Made by a program: the position numbers and the translations under genes | Shown: positions 37,380-46,256 of the stretch, piece after piece | Numbering within the stretch: the stretch's first letter is position 1 | Layout: the number at the start of each line of letters is the position of its first letter | Virus record (IMG/VR): IMGVR_UViG_3300032242_000468 | Coordinates: 32,001-96,000 of that record | Length of the DNA stretch: 64,000 nt | DNA from: a virus | Direction: 5' to 3' (one strand) | The notes under the pieces: generated by a model | What the model was told of the DNA's origin: nothing | The model's database searches: none | Seen by the model: the letters and a program-made list of their open reading frames with translations, nothing else

Positions 37380-39153
37380 AGTCTGTATCTGTTGCGTAAC
37401 TGGTAAATCCGTTTTCTTTGATAACTTTGAGCACATTATTTACGCGGCCAATCAATTCATCCTTGTGAGATATTAGATAAATGTTCTTGTTTCGTTCGCG
37501 TGCCATCTTTTTAAGCACAGCAATGCCTGCTTCCACGCCTGCGGCATCCATTCCTGAGTCAATAAGTTCATCAATAAACAGTAAATTGATATGTTGATAT
37601 AAGTTTTCCCAAACATCACGGAATGCCCAAGACAAACTTAAGATCAATCTGTTGCGTTCTCCACGTGATAAGTTATCAAAGTCTAAGTCTTGACCCAGTT
37701 GAGTGATCTCAACTGATAGGTCGTTTAAGAATTTAACCTGATGTGGTAAGCCCATCTTGCCAATATAATAGTCTAATCTCTTGTTTAGATAGTTCAAATT
37801 CTGATCAATGATCTTCTTACGAATGAAACTGTCCTTGTTAGTCAATAGTTTAAGCAAGAATTCCTGATGATCTTTGATATTTGTTAGTTCGTTCACAGTA
37901 TCCCAAGTAATTTCTTGTAGGGCCGTGTTCTTTAAATCATCGATCTGTTCTTCGTAAGGGTTATTTTCAGCAATTTTATCATCTAAGTTACTCTTTAAAT
38001 TGTTTAAATTGCTTTGATGTGCGGTTGCTTCTGCTTCTGTATCATAAAATGTAATAGGTTTCTTAGGTTGTTCACCAATTCCGTCTATTTCATCTAAGAT
38101 CTTTTGTAGGTCTTCGCCTACTTTTGTAAAGTAGTTAGCGGCATCCAAGGCATTCTTCTCTGCGACTTCGGACATTTCTTCATGTTTGTGATCGTGAAGT
38201 GCTTGTTCACAAGCAGGACAGGTCTTGTCTTTAAGTTTTTCTAATTCTTTGGTATACTTGTCTAATGCTTTCTCTGCTTGAATAACAGCAGATTCTAAAG
38301 TTGCCTTCTGTTTGTTTAGCCCGCGGATTTTATTATCATTGTCATTCCACAGTTTAATATCTACGTGTGCTTGTAATTCTGTTTGAATATCTACACTTTC
38401 TAATTGTGAGATGGCTTTATTAAATTTATCTATGTCGTCTTGCTTTTTATTTGCCCATGCTTTGCTCTTTAAGACTAAACTATCAATGCTTTTCTGTACA
38501 TTTTCGTTTGCGGCTTTGGTAGCATCTATCTTGGCAGTTTCTTGTTGGATATTATCCTTAACTGACTTGATCTGTGCTTTGAGTAGTTCGCTCTTTTCAC
38601 TTAGGAGTGTAATACCAAGTAATTGCTCAATAACTTCTCGTTGATCTCCTGCCTTCATGCTTAAGAAGGGCTCTGTGTAAGTGTTTAGGGCCACAAGATG
38701 TTTAAACATTGTATGGCTCATTGCCAACAACTGTTCGATCGACTTTTGTGTTTCTCTGCTGTCGCCCTGAGCATCATCTTCTGCTTCTTCTGAAGTTTGT
38801 TCTTGATCGTTAACAAAGAACTTCAAAACATTGGGCTTGCGACCACGTTCGATCTTGTATTTTACACCGTTTTGCTCAAATTCAACAGTGACCAACATGC
38901 CTTTGCTGTTAGTTTTGTTAATTAAGTTCTCTTTACGGATGTTTGTTAGTGCTTGACCGTATAGGGCATAACTTAAAGCATTGATAATTGTTGTTTTACC
39001 CGTACCATTCCGTGATCCAGAGTCATCCCCTCCTAAGTCTAAGTTTTCACCTAAGACTAAAGTAAGTGCTTCTTTATCAAAATCAACTGCTTGTGTTTGA
39101 TTACCTACAGAGAGAAAGTTTTTAACTGTGATATTCTTGATGTGAAATGTCAT
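37366..39153 (-). CDS. gp46: Recombination endonuclease ATPase subunit (T4 gp46/SbcC/Rad50-like)
   Basis: KNFLSVGN, Walker A NGTGKTT, zinc hook CPAC, signature LSRGE, Walker B LLFIDE and ISH motifs. Confidence 0.95.
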   Translation of the reverse strand: MTFHIKNITVKNFLSVGNQTQAVDFDKEALTLVLGENLDLGGDDSGSRNGTGKTTIINALSYALYGQALTNIRKENLINKTNSKGMLVTVEFEQNGVKYKIERGRKPNVLKFFVNDQEQTSEEAEDDAQGDSRETQKSIEQLLAMSHTMFKHLVALNTYTEPFLSMKAGDQREVIEQLLGITLLSEKSELLKAQIKSVKDNIQQETAKIDATKAANENVQKSIDSLVLKSKAWANKKQDDIDKFNKAISQLESVDIQTELQAHVDIKLWNDNDNKIRGLNKQKATLESAVIQAEKALDKYTKELEKLKDKTCPACEQALHDHKHEEMSEVAEKNALDAANYFTKVGEDLQKILDEIDGIGEQPKKPITFYDTEAEATAHQSNLNNLKSNLDDKIAENNPYEEQIDDLKNTALQEITWDTVNELTNIKDHQEFLLKLLTNKDSFIRKKIIDQNLNYLNKRLDYYIGKMGLPHQVKFLNDLSVEITQLGQDLDFDNLSRGERNRLILSLSWAFRDVWENLYQHINLLFIDELIDSGMDAAGVEAGIAVLKKMARERNKNIYLISHKDELIGRVNNVLKVIKENGFTSYATDTDYVEG

Positions 39154-40163
39154 AGATTATGGTAAATGTCCAATAATAATTTTTTATCAAATGCTTCTGA
39201 GTCAATATTAACCAATTGTTCTGTTACAATTTGGTCCACTGATTCAAACTTAGAGTCAACTGCGTCTTCAACAACGCCCTCTAAGTTCTCACGTTCCTGA
39301 ATTAACTGTAGTTCACGAATGTCTTTAGCGGCCATAAAGGTTTCTTTTAGGAAATTGGCTTCTTCAAAACTAACATTACAGTCTAGGTTTACTTTGAGAT
39401 ACATTTTGTCCTGTAGGATTGTATCTTGTTCGTCGATCAGTTTACTAAGTTTAAGAGTACGGAACTTAGGAGCATCAGGCCAAGCCATGTACTGTGGCTC
39501 TCCGCCCCATTCCATATACATCATACCTCGGTCGTCATCCCAAGTATCAGCAAAGTTATGCGGAAACGCATTGCCGATATAGTGAATGGTTCCGGACTTT
39601 TGTCTTTTGTGGAAGTGCCCGCTGAAAATATATTCAGGGCCGCTAAAGTCTTCCGCTTTCAACTCGCCGTGGTCGGGCATCTGCACCATAGCGTTCATAT
39701 AAAACTTGGGCAATTCAAAATGTCCGAACACATACCGGCTCTTGACTGTTTTCATTGCTCGCCACTCATCTCCTACAAGCCAAGGTACAAGTGTAACATC
39801 TTCTATGGTTGTAACATTGTCTACAACTGTTACACCCGGAATGTGGCGTCCAAACATCGAACTGTGAACATCACGTTTGTCTTTGTAAAAGAGATCGTGA
39901 TTGCCTGGAAACCAGAAGAACTTCTCAAATGCGGCACCTAATTTTTCTAAACATCGCAGAGAAGTATCTAATGTAATTAGATTGATTGAGTTTCGATTGT
40001 GATGCCAATCGCCTAAAAATATACAAGTTTCACAGCCTTTGGCCTGTGCCTCAGCAATAAACCAGTCTACAAAATCTTCGCAGTCCTGGTTATGAGTTGC
40101 CGAGTTTGACTTTAAGCCAAAATGTATGTCAGTGAAACACGCTACCTTTTTGAATAATCCCAT
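39150..40163 (-). CDS. gp47: Recombination endonuclease nuclease subunit (T4 gp47/SbcD/Mre11-like)
   Basis: TDIHFG, LGDWHH, GNHD, GHFE and SGHFH metallophosphoesterase motifs; overlaps the gp46 start (ATGA). Confidence 0.95.
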   Translation of the reverse strand: MGLFKKVACFTDIHFGLKSNSATHNQDCEDFVDWFIAEAQAKGCETCIFLGDWHHNRNSINLITLDTSLRCLEKLGAAFEKFFWFPGNHDLFYKDKRDVHSSMFGRHIPGVTVVDNVTTIEDVTLVPWLVGDEWRAMKTVKSRYVFGHFELPKFYMNAMVQMPDHGELKAEDFSGPEYIFSGHFHKRQKSGTIHYIGNAFPHNFADTWDDDRGMMYMEWGGEPQYMAWPDAPKFRTLKLSKLIDEQDTILQDKMYLKVNLDCNVSFEEANFLKETFMAAKDIRELQLIQERENLEGVVEDAVDSKFESVDQIVTEQLVNIDSEAFDKKLLLDIYHNL

Positions 40164-40183
40164 CAGTTAGATTCCTTTTGTAA

Positions 40184-40212
40184 AGTTTAACAGACAGAAT
40201 GGCAAAGGTCAA
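40184..40212 (-). promoter_or_regulatory. Sigma70-type promoter for gp47-gp46-nuclease
   Basis: TTGACC-17 bp-TAAACT with an extended -10 TGn, followed by the SD AAGGA. Confidence 0.7.
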
Positions 40213-41114
40213 GCCTCTTCTTCTTCAATATCTGTTTCTTTGCTCTTAGGCATACGGAACTTTTTGTACAGTTCGGCCTGTCGAGCCGTTTCGATAGCAA
40301 ACTGTTCTTTGTTCTGTCTGGTGTTACTTGGAGTAAGACCGTGTTCTTGTAGCATATCGTCTCGAATATTTTGATTTTTCTTTTCGATATTAAGAATACG
40401 AGTGAATGAATTGGTCACTGCGGCAGTATAGTAAGCAAAAGGATTTTCTGATTTGCTTTCATCAAACTGTAGACCAATTTGGCTTAATTGTAGGATAGCC
40501 TGTCCTTTCATTTCTTCAACGTAGGTGTATCCACGCCAGTTGGATCGTTGGGCATAACGTTCTGACAACTTAATAAACATCTTACCAAGGTTTTCAGTAA
40601 TACGTCCGTGATCTTTACTAAAGTGTCCTTTGTCTACTGACCCCTTCCAATGGCTCTTGCCTACACAGATTAATTCATCATTGTCATCAAATTTCCAATG
40701 CTGGAACGGTGGAAAGTTTACTTTATCGTGACTATCTGCTGTAGTTTTGGTTGTTTTCTTACGTCCCGGTGCAAGTGGAATATGCTCAAATGTCATAATA
40801 CGTATGACTAAATCTACTTTTGCTACGGTTTTGTAATCTGGAGTGCACTCTGCTAGTTTAATTTTTTTATCGCCTGCAAGTCTTGCTCGGGCAAATGCTT
40901 CTAGTCCTAGTCTTTTTGCTTTATTACGTTTTGCTTCTGCTATTGTTCTTATATTAATTTTGTCTAAATTAGAAAGGATAATATCGTGTTGACTGTATTC
41001 TGGTTTGGTAAAACTTGAAAATGTAATTTTTGATCTGTGTATCTCTGCTAGTAAATCCCTGTTGTTTAAGTATTTGACTTTGCGTCCAGTTGGGGATGTT
41101 GTTATTGTTGTCAT
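40209..41114 (-). CDS. gp55: Late-transcription sigma factor (T4 gp55-like) with large insertion; probable start ATG 41114
   Basis: KYLNNRDLLAEI, NWRGYTYVEEM and FDESKSENPFAYYT...F.RILNIEKK match the gp55 pattern. SD AAGGAG lies upstream of 41114. Confidence 0.85.
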   Translation of the reverse strand: MTTITTSPTGRKVKYLNNRDLLAEIHRSKITFSSFTKPEYSQHDIILSNLDKINIRTIAEAKRNKAKRLGLEAFARARLAGDKKIKLAECTPDYKTVAKVDLVIRIMTFEHIPLAPGRKKTTKTTADSHDKVNFPPFQHWKFDDNDELICVGKSHWKGSVDKGHFSKDHGRITENLGKMFIKLSERYAQRSNWRGYTYVEEMKGQAILQLSQIGLQFDESKSENPFAYYTAAVTNSFTRILNIEKKNQNIRDDMLQEHGLTPSNTRQNKEQFAIETARQAELYKKFRMPKSKETDIEEEEA

Positions 41115-41139
41115 TGGTATATGGACTCCTTTAGTAGTC

Positions 41140-41169
41140 ATTGTAGCATTTTTGCCACAGTGAGGTCAA
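41140..41169 (-). promoter_or_regulatory. Sigma70-type promoter for gp55
   Basis: TTGACC-18 bp-TACAAT with an extended -10 TGn; same -35 hexamer as the gp47 promoter. Confidence 0.65.
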
Positions 41170-41185
41170 CCATTATATGATGGGT

Positions 41186-41203
41186 TATTTACCTGGTTAA
41201 ATA
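41186..41203. promoter_or_regulatory. Back-to-back late promoters (TAAATA - 41186-41191; TAAATA + 41198-41203)
   Basis: TATTTA-CCTGGT-TAAATA near-palindrome at the strand switch. Confidence 0.6.
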
Positions 41204-41224
41204 AAGGTATAGGAAATAAAAACA

Positions 41225-42562
41225 ATGGCTGACGTAGCTCAATTAAAAGATCAACTTGCGGCAAATGAAGCACAACGTAATGCTCTAGCGGCAAAACTAG
41301 GGCCAATGACTGATGACGCCAAAGCGGCATATCGGACTAAGGAGTTCTTTAATCCAGCCGGAAAGCAATATTCCGAGTTTTGGACTGGTCACTTGAATGG
41401 TGTAGAATATACTGACCCTCAAAAATTATATGAAGCGGCAGTAGCAGACTTCGAAGCAAAAGATGCCTTATATACAAAGACAGCAAGAGAATTCAATGGA
41501 CTATTTCCAGAAAAAGACGCATTAGAAAAACAAATAGCAGATGCTGGATCCACTCCAGATGCTCCAACAGATAAAGAAGCCACAAGTAATGTTGATAATG
41601 CCGCTACTGCTAAACAAGAACAGCAACCTACTGAAAAAACAAATGACGCCCCTTCGCTAGAAGAGCAAACCAACAAAGAATTAGCCGCTGCCTATGGTTA
41701 TACTGATACAAATGTAACCAATTCAGATCCTAAAGAATTTAAAGGTGAAAGTGGGAATGCCCCACCCGACACACCAGATCCTGATCATTCAGCCTCTGCC
41801 GCGCTACCTACTAGTGCAGAAGATGGGTATCAGATACCTCCAGACACCGGAGGTGGCAATACAAACAGTCAAGGTGGTGGAGGATATGAGTCAACTGGTG
41901 CTTCTACCAGGGCTTCGCCCTCAACTGTCAACTCTTCAAAATCTTCACCTGCACAGTCTAAATGGAGTGGTCCTGCAGATCTGCGTGTGTATATCAAAGT
42001 ACCTGCAAGATTTGTTGAAAATGTCTACGCACCTGAAGTCAAACAAGCAGGGGGAATATTATTCCCTTACACTCCTTCAATCAGTTATGACTCGCAAGCC
42101 AGTTATGGCAGTGTAAATCCCCTACACTCAAACTACACTCAGCATTTCTTTAAAAATAGTTCCATAAGCAATATCACTATCTCAGGTAAATTTACTGTAC
42201 AAAATGAAGCAGAAGCGGCAGTATGGCTTACTACAGTTGAAATTTCAAGGCTATTGGTTAAAATGCCATTTGGAAAAGATCAAAACGCAGGCAGTGCTCC
42301 GCCTGTGTGTCGTTTACACGCCTACGGAGATTGGATATTTAATAATGTTCCTGTTGCTGTCACTAGTTTTAAATTTGATTTACCCGACGGTGTTGATTAT
42401 ATTGCTAGAGGATATGACGGAACAGGGTACCACACCATGGTGCCAACAGTATCTACATTTTCTTATACCTTGATACCAATGTATAGTAGACAAGAAATTA
42501 GAGATTTTAGTATTGACGAGTGGTTAACCTCACCGTCACATATTGGTAAAGGATATCTATAA
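41225..42562 (+). CDS. Baseplate/tail-tube initiator-like protein (gp48/gp54-like C-terminal domain) with long N-terminal extension
   Basis: C-terminal GGILFPYTPSI...HSNY...ITISGKFTVQN...PPVCRLHAYG...VPV tube-fold pattern; directly precedes gp53. Confidence 0.65.
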   Translation: MADVAQLKDQLAANEAQRNALAAKLGPMTDDAKAAYRTKEFFNPAGKQYSEFWTGHLNGVEYTDPQKLYEAAVADFEAKDALYTKTAREFNGLFPEKDALEKQIADAGSTPDAPTDKEATSNVDNAATAKQEQQPTEKTNDAPSLEEQTNKELAAAYGYTDTNVTNSDPKEFKGESGNAPPDTPDPDHSASAALPTSAEDGYQIPPDTGGGNTNSQGGGGYESTGASTRASPSTVNSSKSSPAQSKWSGPADLRVYIKVPARFVENVYAPEVKQAGGILFPYTPSISYDSQASYGSVNPLHSNYTQHFFKNSSISNITISGKFTVQNEAEAAVWLTTVEISRLLVKMPFGKDQNAGSAPPVCRLHAYGDWIFNNVPVAVTSFKFDLPDGVDYIARGYDGTGYHTMVPTVSTFSYTLIPMYSRQEIRDFSIDEWLTSPSHIGKGYL

Positions 42563-42864
42563 TGGCAACACTGTATTCAAAATCTAGTCCTTATTATGCT
42601 ACCAGTACAGTAAATGGACATCTAGACATTCTTAATCTTAGAGACATACCTGCCGCGGCAGATGATGTCCTATACACAGTTCCGCAAGTCTATTCTCTAA
42701 GACCTGATCTAATGGCTTACGATTTATACGGCGATGAAAAATTATGGTGGGTATTTGCCGTAAGAAACAAAGACGTTATTCAAGATTCTATATACGATAT
42801 GCTGGCCGGACAACGAATCTATCTGCCTACTACAAACACTTTAAAAAGTCTAGGTATTTTATAA
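42562..42864 (+). CDS. gp53: Baseplate wedge protein (T4 gp53-like, LysM-type)
   Basis: RPDLMAYDLYGDEKLWWVFA motif. Confidence 0.85.
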   Translation: MATLYSKSSPYYATSTVNGHLDILNLRDIPAAADDVLYTVPQVYSLRPDLMAYDLYGDEKLWWVFAVRNKDVIQDSIYDMLAGQRIYLPTTNTLKSLGIL

Positions 42865-42865
42865 T

Positions 42866-45800
42866 ATGGCATCAAGATTAAATTCTTTTACCGATCCTAG
42901 GTCTGCTCTTTTTAATTCTGATAAATCGGCAGTAGATAACGGTGGTCCTGTTGTTGTTAATAAAAATCCTGCTACACCGGTAGCACCTGTTAATGCTCCT
43001 GTTGAGATAAACATCCTAGATTCTTATCGATCAGTAACTTATAATTTTATACTATCGGCAGTGTCTCCTGACATGCTGAAAGATCCTAATCAAGAATGGC
43101 GAAAAAGTCCGTTAAAATATGTTATTGCTTCTTCAAAAGGTAAAGCCGCAAATGCTATTTCTTCTGATACTGCTAAAGGAGATAACATAAAATTAGTACA
43201 GGCTTTTAATCAAAAAAGTCCTGGTGCTTTTGATCTTTTTATTGACAATGTTGAAATAGACACTATTATGGCTCCTTCAGAACAAACAGGTCCTGCTCTA
43301 GGTACTAAAGTTGCATTTGAAGTATATGAGCCCTTTAGTGTAAACGGTTTTATAGAAGCACTTCATGCTTCTGCTATCGCGGCAGGATGGGATGGGTATC
43401 TAAACGGATCTTTTGTTTTAAAAATAGAATTTGTAGGGTTTCCTGACAAAGAAACTAAACCTACGGATCAAGGAACACTGATAACTGAAAAATATGTACC
43501 TGTAAAAATTGTAGGAGTTGATATTGATGTAACAGAACAAGGAACAAGATATAAAGTTAAAGGAATTCCTGTTAACGAACTTGCTCATGCAAATTACAAT
43601 AAACTAACTGTCTCTAAACAAATGACTGGAGCAACTGTAGGAGAAGTGCTTACAAATTTGGCAAAAGGTTTAAGCGCGGATTTAGCAGATAGGGCTAAAA
43701 AAGAAAAGAAAGATGAAAAACTAGTAGATTCCTACGAAATCTTATTTCCAAAACAACCAGACAACGGGCAGTCGATAGATCTTAAAAGCGTTAATGAGAT
43801 TTCTAAAAAACCAATTAACAAAACTTTAACTACCAATAATGTTTATCAATTTAAAGATCTAAAAGAAAAAGAAAATAATCCTAAAGGTACTGATCCTCAA
43901 AACAAGTATGATGCTCAAAATAGCATTGTTCAATTTCCGGTAGATGCTGATATACTTGACATTATAACAGCAGTAATCCGAGATAGTGAATATGTTAAAG
44001 ATTTATTAAAAAAAGTCAAAGACGAAGCGGTAGACGATGACGGCATGATAGATTATTTTCAAATAGTAGTTAATGCTATTCCTACAGGATACGATGATAC
44101 CAATAGTGTTCACTGCTATAAGTACCAATATCTAGTAGTTCCTTATAAAGTTCATACCAGTAAATTACCAGATCAGCAGTTCAATAAATTTAGTCCTAAA
44201 CAGTTTAATAAAATTCTAAAAAGATCCTATGATTATTTTTATGGTGGGCACAATGTTGATGTGTTAAATTTTAAACTTCATTTTAATAACTTATACTTCC
44301 AGGCGGCTAATGCTAACCAAGGTAACAAGCCTGTATCAGAAACATCAAATGCAGTGGCTACAAATGGTGATGAGGACAAAGTAAAAAAAGACAAACAGCA
44401 GGCAAAAGACAAAGATAAATCCAGCGTTGGAGTTTCTGGATCTAAGCCAATTGTCAGCGCTGGTAAAGATGCCAGTCTAGTTTCTGGTGCACACCAAGAT
44501 GACCCCTATTGGCAATTGTCTTACAATGCTCATCAAAGCATATTAGAAAGTGTAAATCTCATCAATGCAGACATAGACATAATGGGAGATCCCTATTATC
44601 TATGTACTAGCGGCATGGGAAATTATTTGCCCAAAATAAAAGATCTTGCTACAACATCGGACGGTGAAGCAAATTTTACTGCGACTCCTGTAGTCATAAG
44701 ATTTAATTTTAGAAATCCCACTGACATAGGTCCAGACGGCTATCTTGTTTTTGGCGGAGAATTAACTCCTTTCAGCGGCCTATACCAGATAGTGAAATGT
44801 GTAAGCAAGTTCAATGACGGTATGTTCAAACAGAATTTAAAAGGTTTTCGGTACCAAGGACAACTGCCGGGGGATTCACCAGAACCTACCAAAGTTGCGC
44901 CAGGTCTTGTCACTGAGCCCAACCCACTGAATACATTGGTCAAAGATTCTGCTCCAGCCGATGCTAAACAGTCGGGTGTAAGAATTCCACAATTAAATGT
45001 ACAATCACTACTGGCTAAAAATCTTCCTACAAATGGTTTACCTGGTAGTCTAAACGACCTTATGGGCGGCGGGCTTTCTATACCAGGAATGAGCGATTTC
45101 CTATCAGGTGCAAGTAGTATTGGTTCGGACCTTTTATCGGCAGGAAAAGGTTTATTAGGCAATGCCGCAAGTGTATTCGGTGGTGGCGGATTAGGATCAA
45201 TTGCAGGTATTGCAGGGCAAGCATCGTCACTGCTTAGTAATCCATTAGGTGCAGTTAGCAATTTAGCCAATGGTGCAATATCTGGAGTAGGAAGTTTAAT
45301 ATCAAATCCCAGTAGTTTACTATCACAGGTGCCTGGTGTTAGCCAAGGACTGAACGCTATTAACCAGGCTAGTAACGGTCTAGGCTTATCAGTTGGTAAT
45401 GCGTTAAGCGGCTCTAATCCGTTAATTTCAGGAATTAGAGCGGATGCTTCTGTAGTCAGCGGCGTTGCAGATCAACTGAAAAATGCAGGAGCATCTATTG
45501 CAGATGCCAGTTCTAATATGATTGCTAATGTTACTAGTATTGCCGGCAACATACCGGGAGTAGATCAGGCCAGTGCTATCATTGCAGACGCTAAAGCAGG
45601 CGGTATATCTCCTAGTTTTGCTCTTAAGGCAGCAGGATCATTTGGTATAAATTTACCTAATGTGAGTGGGTTAACTCCAGGTGCACTTACAGATAAACTG
45701 GGAATAGACCCCAGTCAGTTGTCCGGATTAGGCGGGAAATTAGGCCTAGATGCAGGACAATTATCTAGTCAAATTTCAGATATAACCAAGTCATTACCGG

Positions 45801-46255
45801 AAAACGTAAACTTAGGCGATGCTAAAAAGTTAGGTCTAAGTTTAGGAAATCTAAACAAAGTTACTCTTCAGAATATACCTGCTATTCCGTCTTTAACTAT
45901 CAAGGCTCCTGATGTAGAAAAATCAATAGCCGACCAATTAATTGACAGTCCGGGAGATCCTAAAATTCTAGCCCAGTTTGGTATGACACCTGCTATGGGG
46001 GCTCTTACTTCTAATATAGGTGGATCGCTACCTAATCTTGATAGTTTGAAATCTGGTCTAACAGGTGCTATTCCGTCGGCAAGTAGTTTAGTTGCTGATG
46101 CTCAAGCAGGGTTTGGGTCTAGTATAACTTCTCAATTAGGAAGTTTAACAGGGGGTAGTCCATTAGATAAATTAAACATACCTAGTGTTGATAGTTTAAC
46201 TGCACAGGCTTCAAATTTAACTTCTTCGATATCATCAAACTTAGGAATAGGATAA
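42866..46255 (+). CDS. Baseplate hub protein (gp27-like) with ~430-aa Gly/Ser/Leu-rich C-terminal extension
   Basis: Position between gp53 and gp5; IDIMGDPYYL and FSGLYQIVKCVSKFNDGMFKQNL hub-type motifs. Confidence 0.65.
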   Translation: MASRLNSFTDPRSALFNSDKSAVDNGGPVVVNKNPATPVAPVNAPVEINILDSYRSVTYNFILSAVSPDMLKDPNQEWRKSPLKYVIASSKGKAANAISSDTAKGDNIKLVQAFNQKSPGAFDLFIDNVEIDTIMAPSEQTGPALGTKVAFEVYEPFSVNGFIEALHASAIAAGWDGYLNGSFVLKIEFVGFPDKETKPTDQGTLITEKYVPVKIVGVDIDVTEQGTRYKVKGIPVNELAHANYNKLTVSKQMTGATVGEVLTNLAKGLSADLADRAKKEKKDEKLVDSYEILFPKQPDNGQSIDLKSVNEISKKPINKTLTTNNVYQFKDLKEKENNPKGTDPQNKYDAQNSIVQFPVDADILDIITAVIRDSEYVKDLLKKVKDEAVDDDGMIDYFQIVVNAIPTGYDDTNSVHCYKYQYLVVPYKVHTSKLPDQQFNKFSPKQFNKILKRSYDYFYGGHNVDVLNFKLHFNNLYFQAANANQGNKPVSETSNAVATNGDEDKVKKDKQQAKDKDKSSVGVSGSKPIVSAGKDASLVSGAHQDDPYWQLSYNAHQSILESVNLINADIDIMGDPYYLCTSGMGNYLPKIKDLATTSDGEANFTATPVVIRFNFRNPTDIGPDGYLVFGGELTPFSGLYQIVKCVSKFNDGMFKQNLKGFRYQGQLPGDSPEPTKVAPGLVTEPNPLNTLVKDSAPADAKQSGVRIPQLNVQSLLAKNLPTNGLPGSLNDLMGGGLSIPGMSDFLSGASSIGSDLLSAGKGLLGNAASVFGGGGLGSIAGIAGQASSLLSNPLGAVSNLANGAISGVGSLISNPSSLLSQVPGVSQGLNAINQASNGLGLSVGNALSGSNPLISGIRADASVVSGVADQLKNAGASIADASSNMIANVTSIAGNIPGVDQASAIIADAKAGGISPSFALKAAGSFGINLPNVSGLTPGALTDKLGIDPSQLSGLGGKLGLDAGQLSSQISDITKSLPENVNLGDAKKLGLSLGNLNKVTLQNIPAIPSLTIKAPDVEKSIADQLIDSPGDPKILAQFGMTPAMGALTSNIGGSLPNLDSLKSGLTGAIPSASSLVADAQAGFGSSITSQLGSLTGGSPLDKLNIPSVDSLTAQASNLTSSISSNLGIG

Positions 46256-46256
46256 T

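Noticed and set aside
24339-41114. Inteins or introns in capsid, portal, gp46/gp47 or gp55
   Set aside because: No C/S...HN splice motifs or LAGLIDADG blocks were seen, and lengths are unremarkable. The gp55 insert lacks intein termini.
41115-41141. ORF-track start of gp55 at 41141 (likewise 23178 and 37436 for other genes)
   Set aside because: These starts overlap promoter elements or the upstream gene. The downstream ATGs at 41114, 23163 and 37379 have better context.
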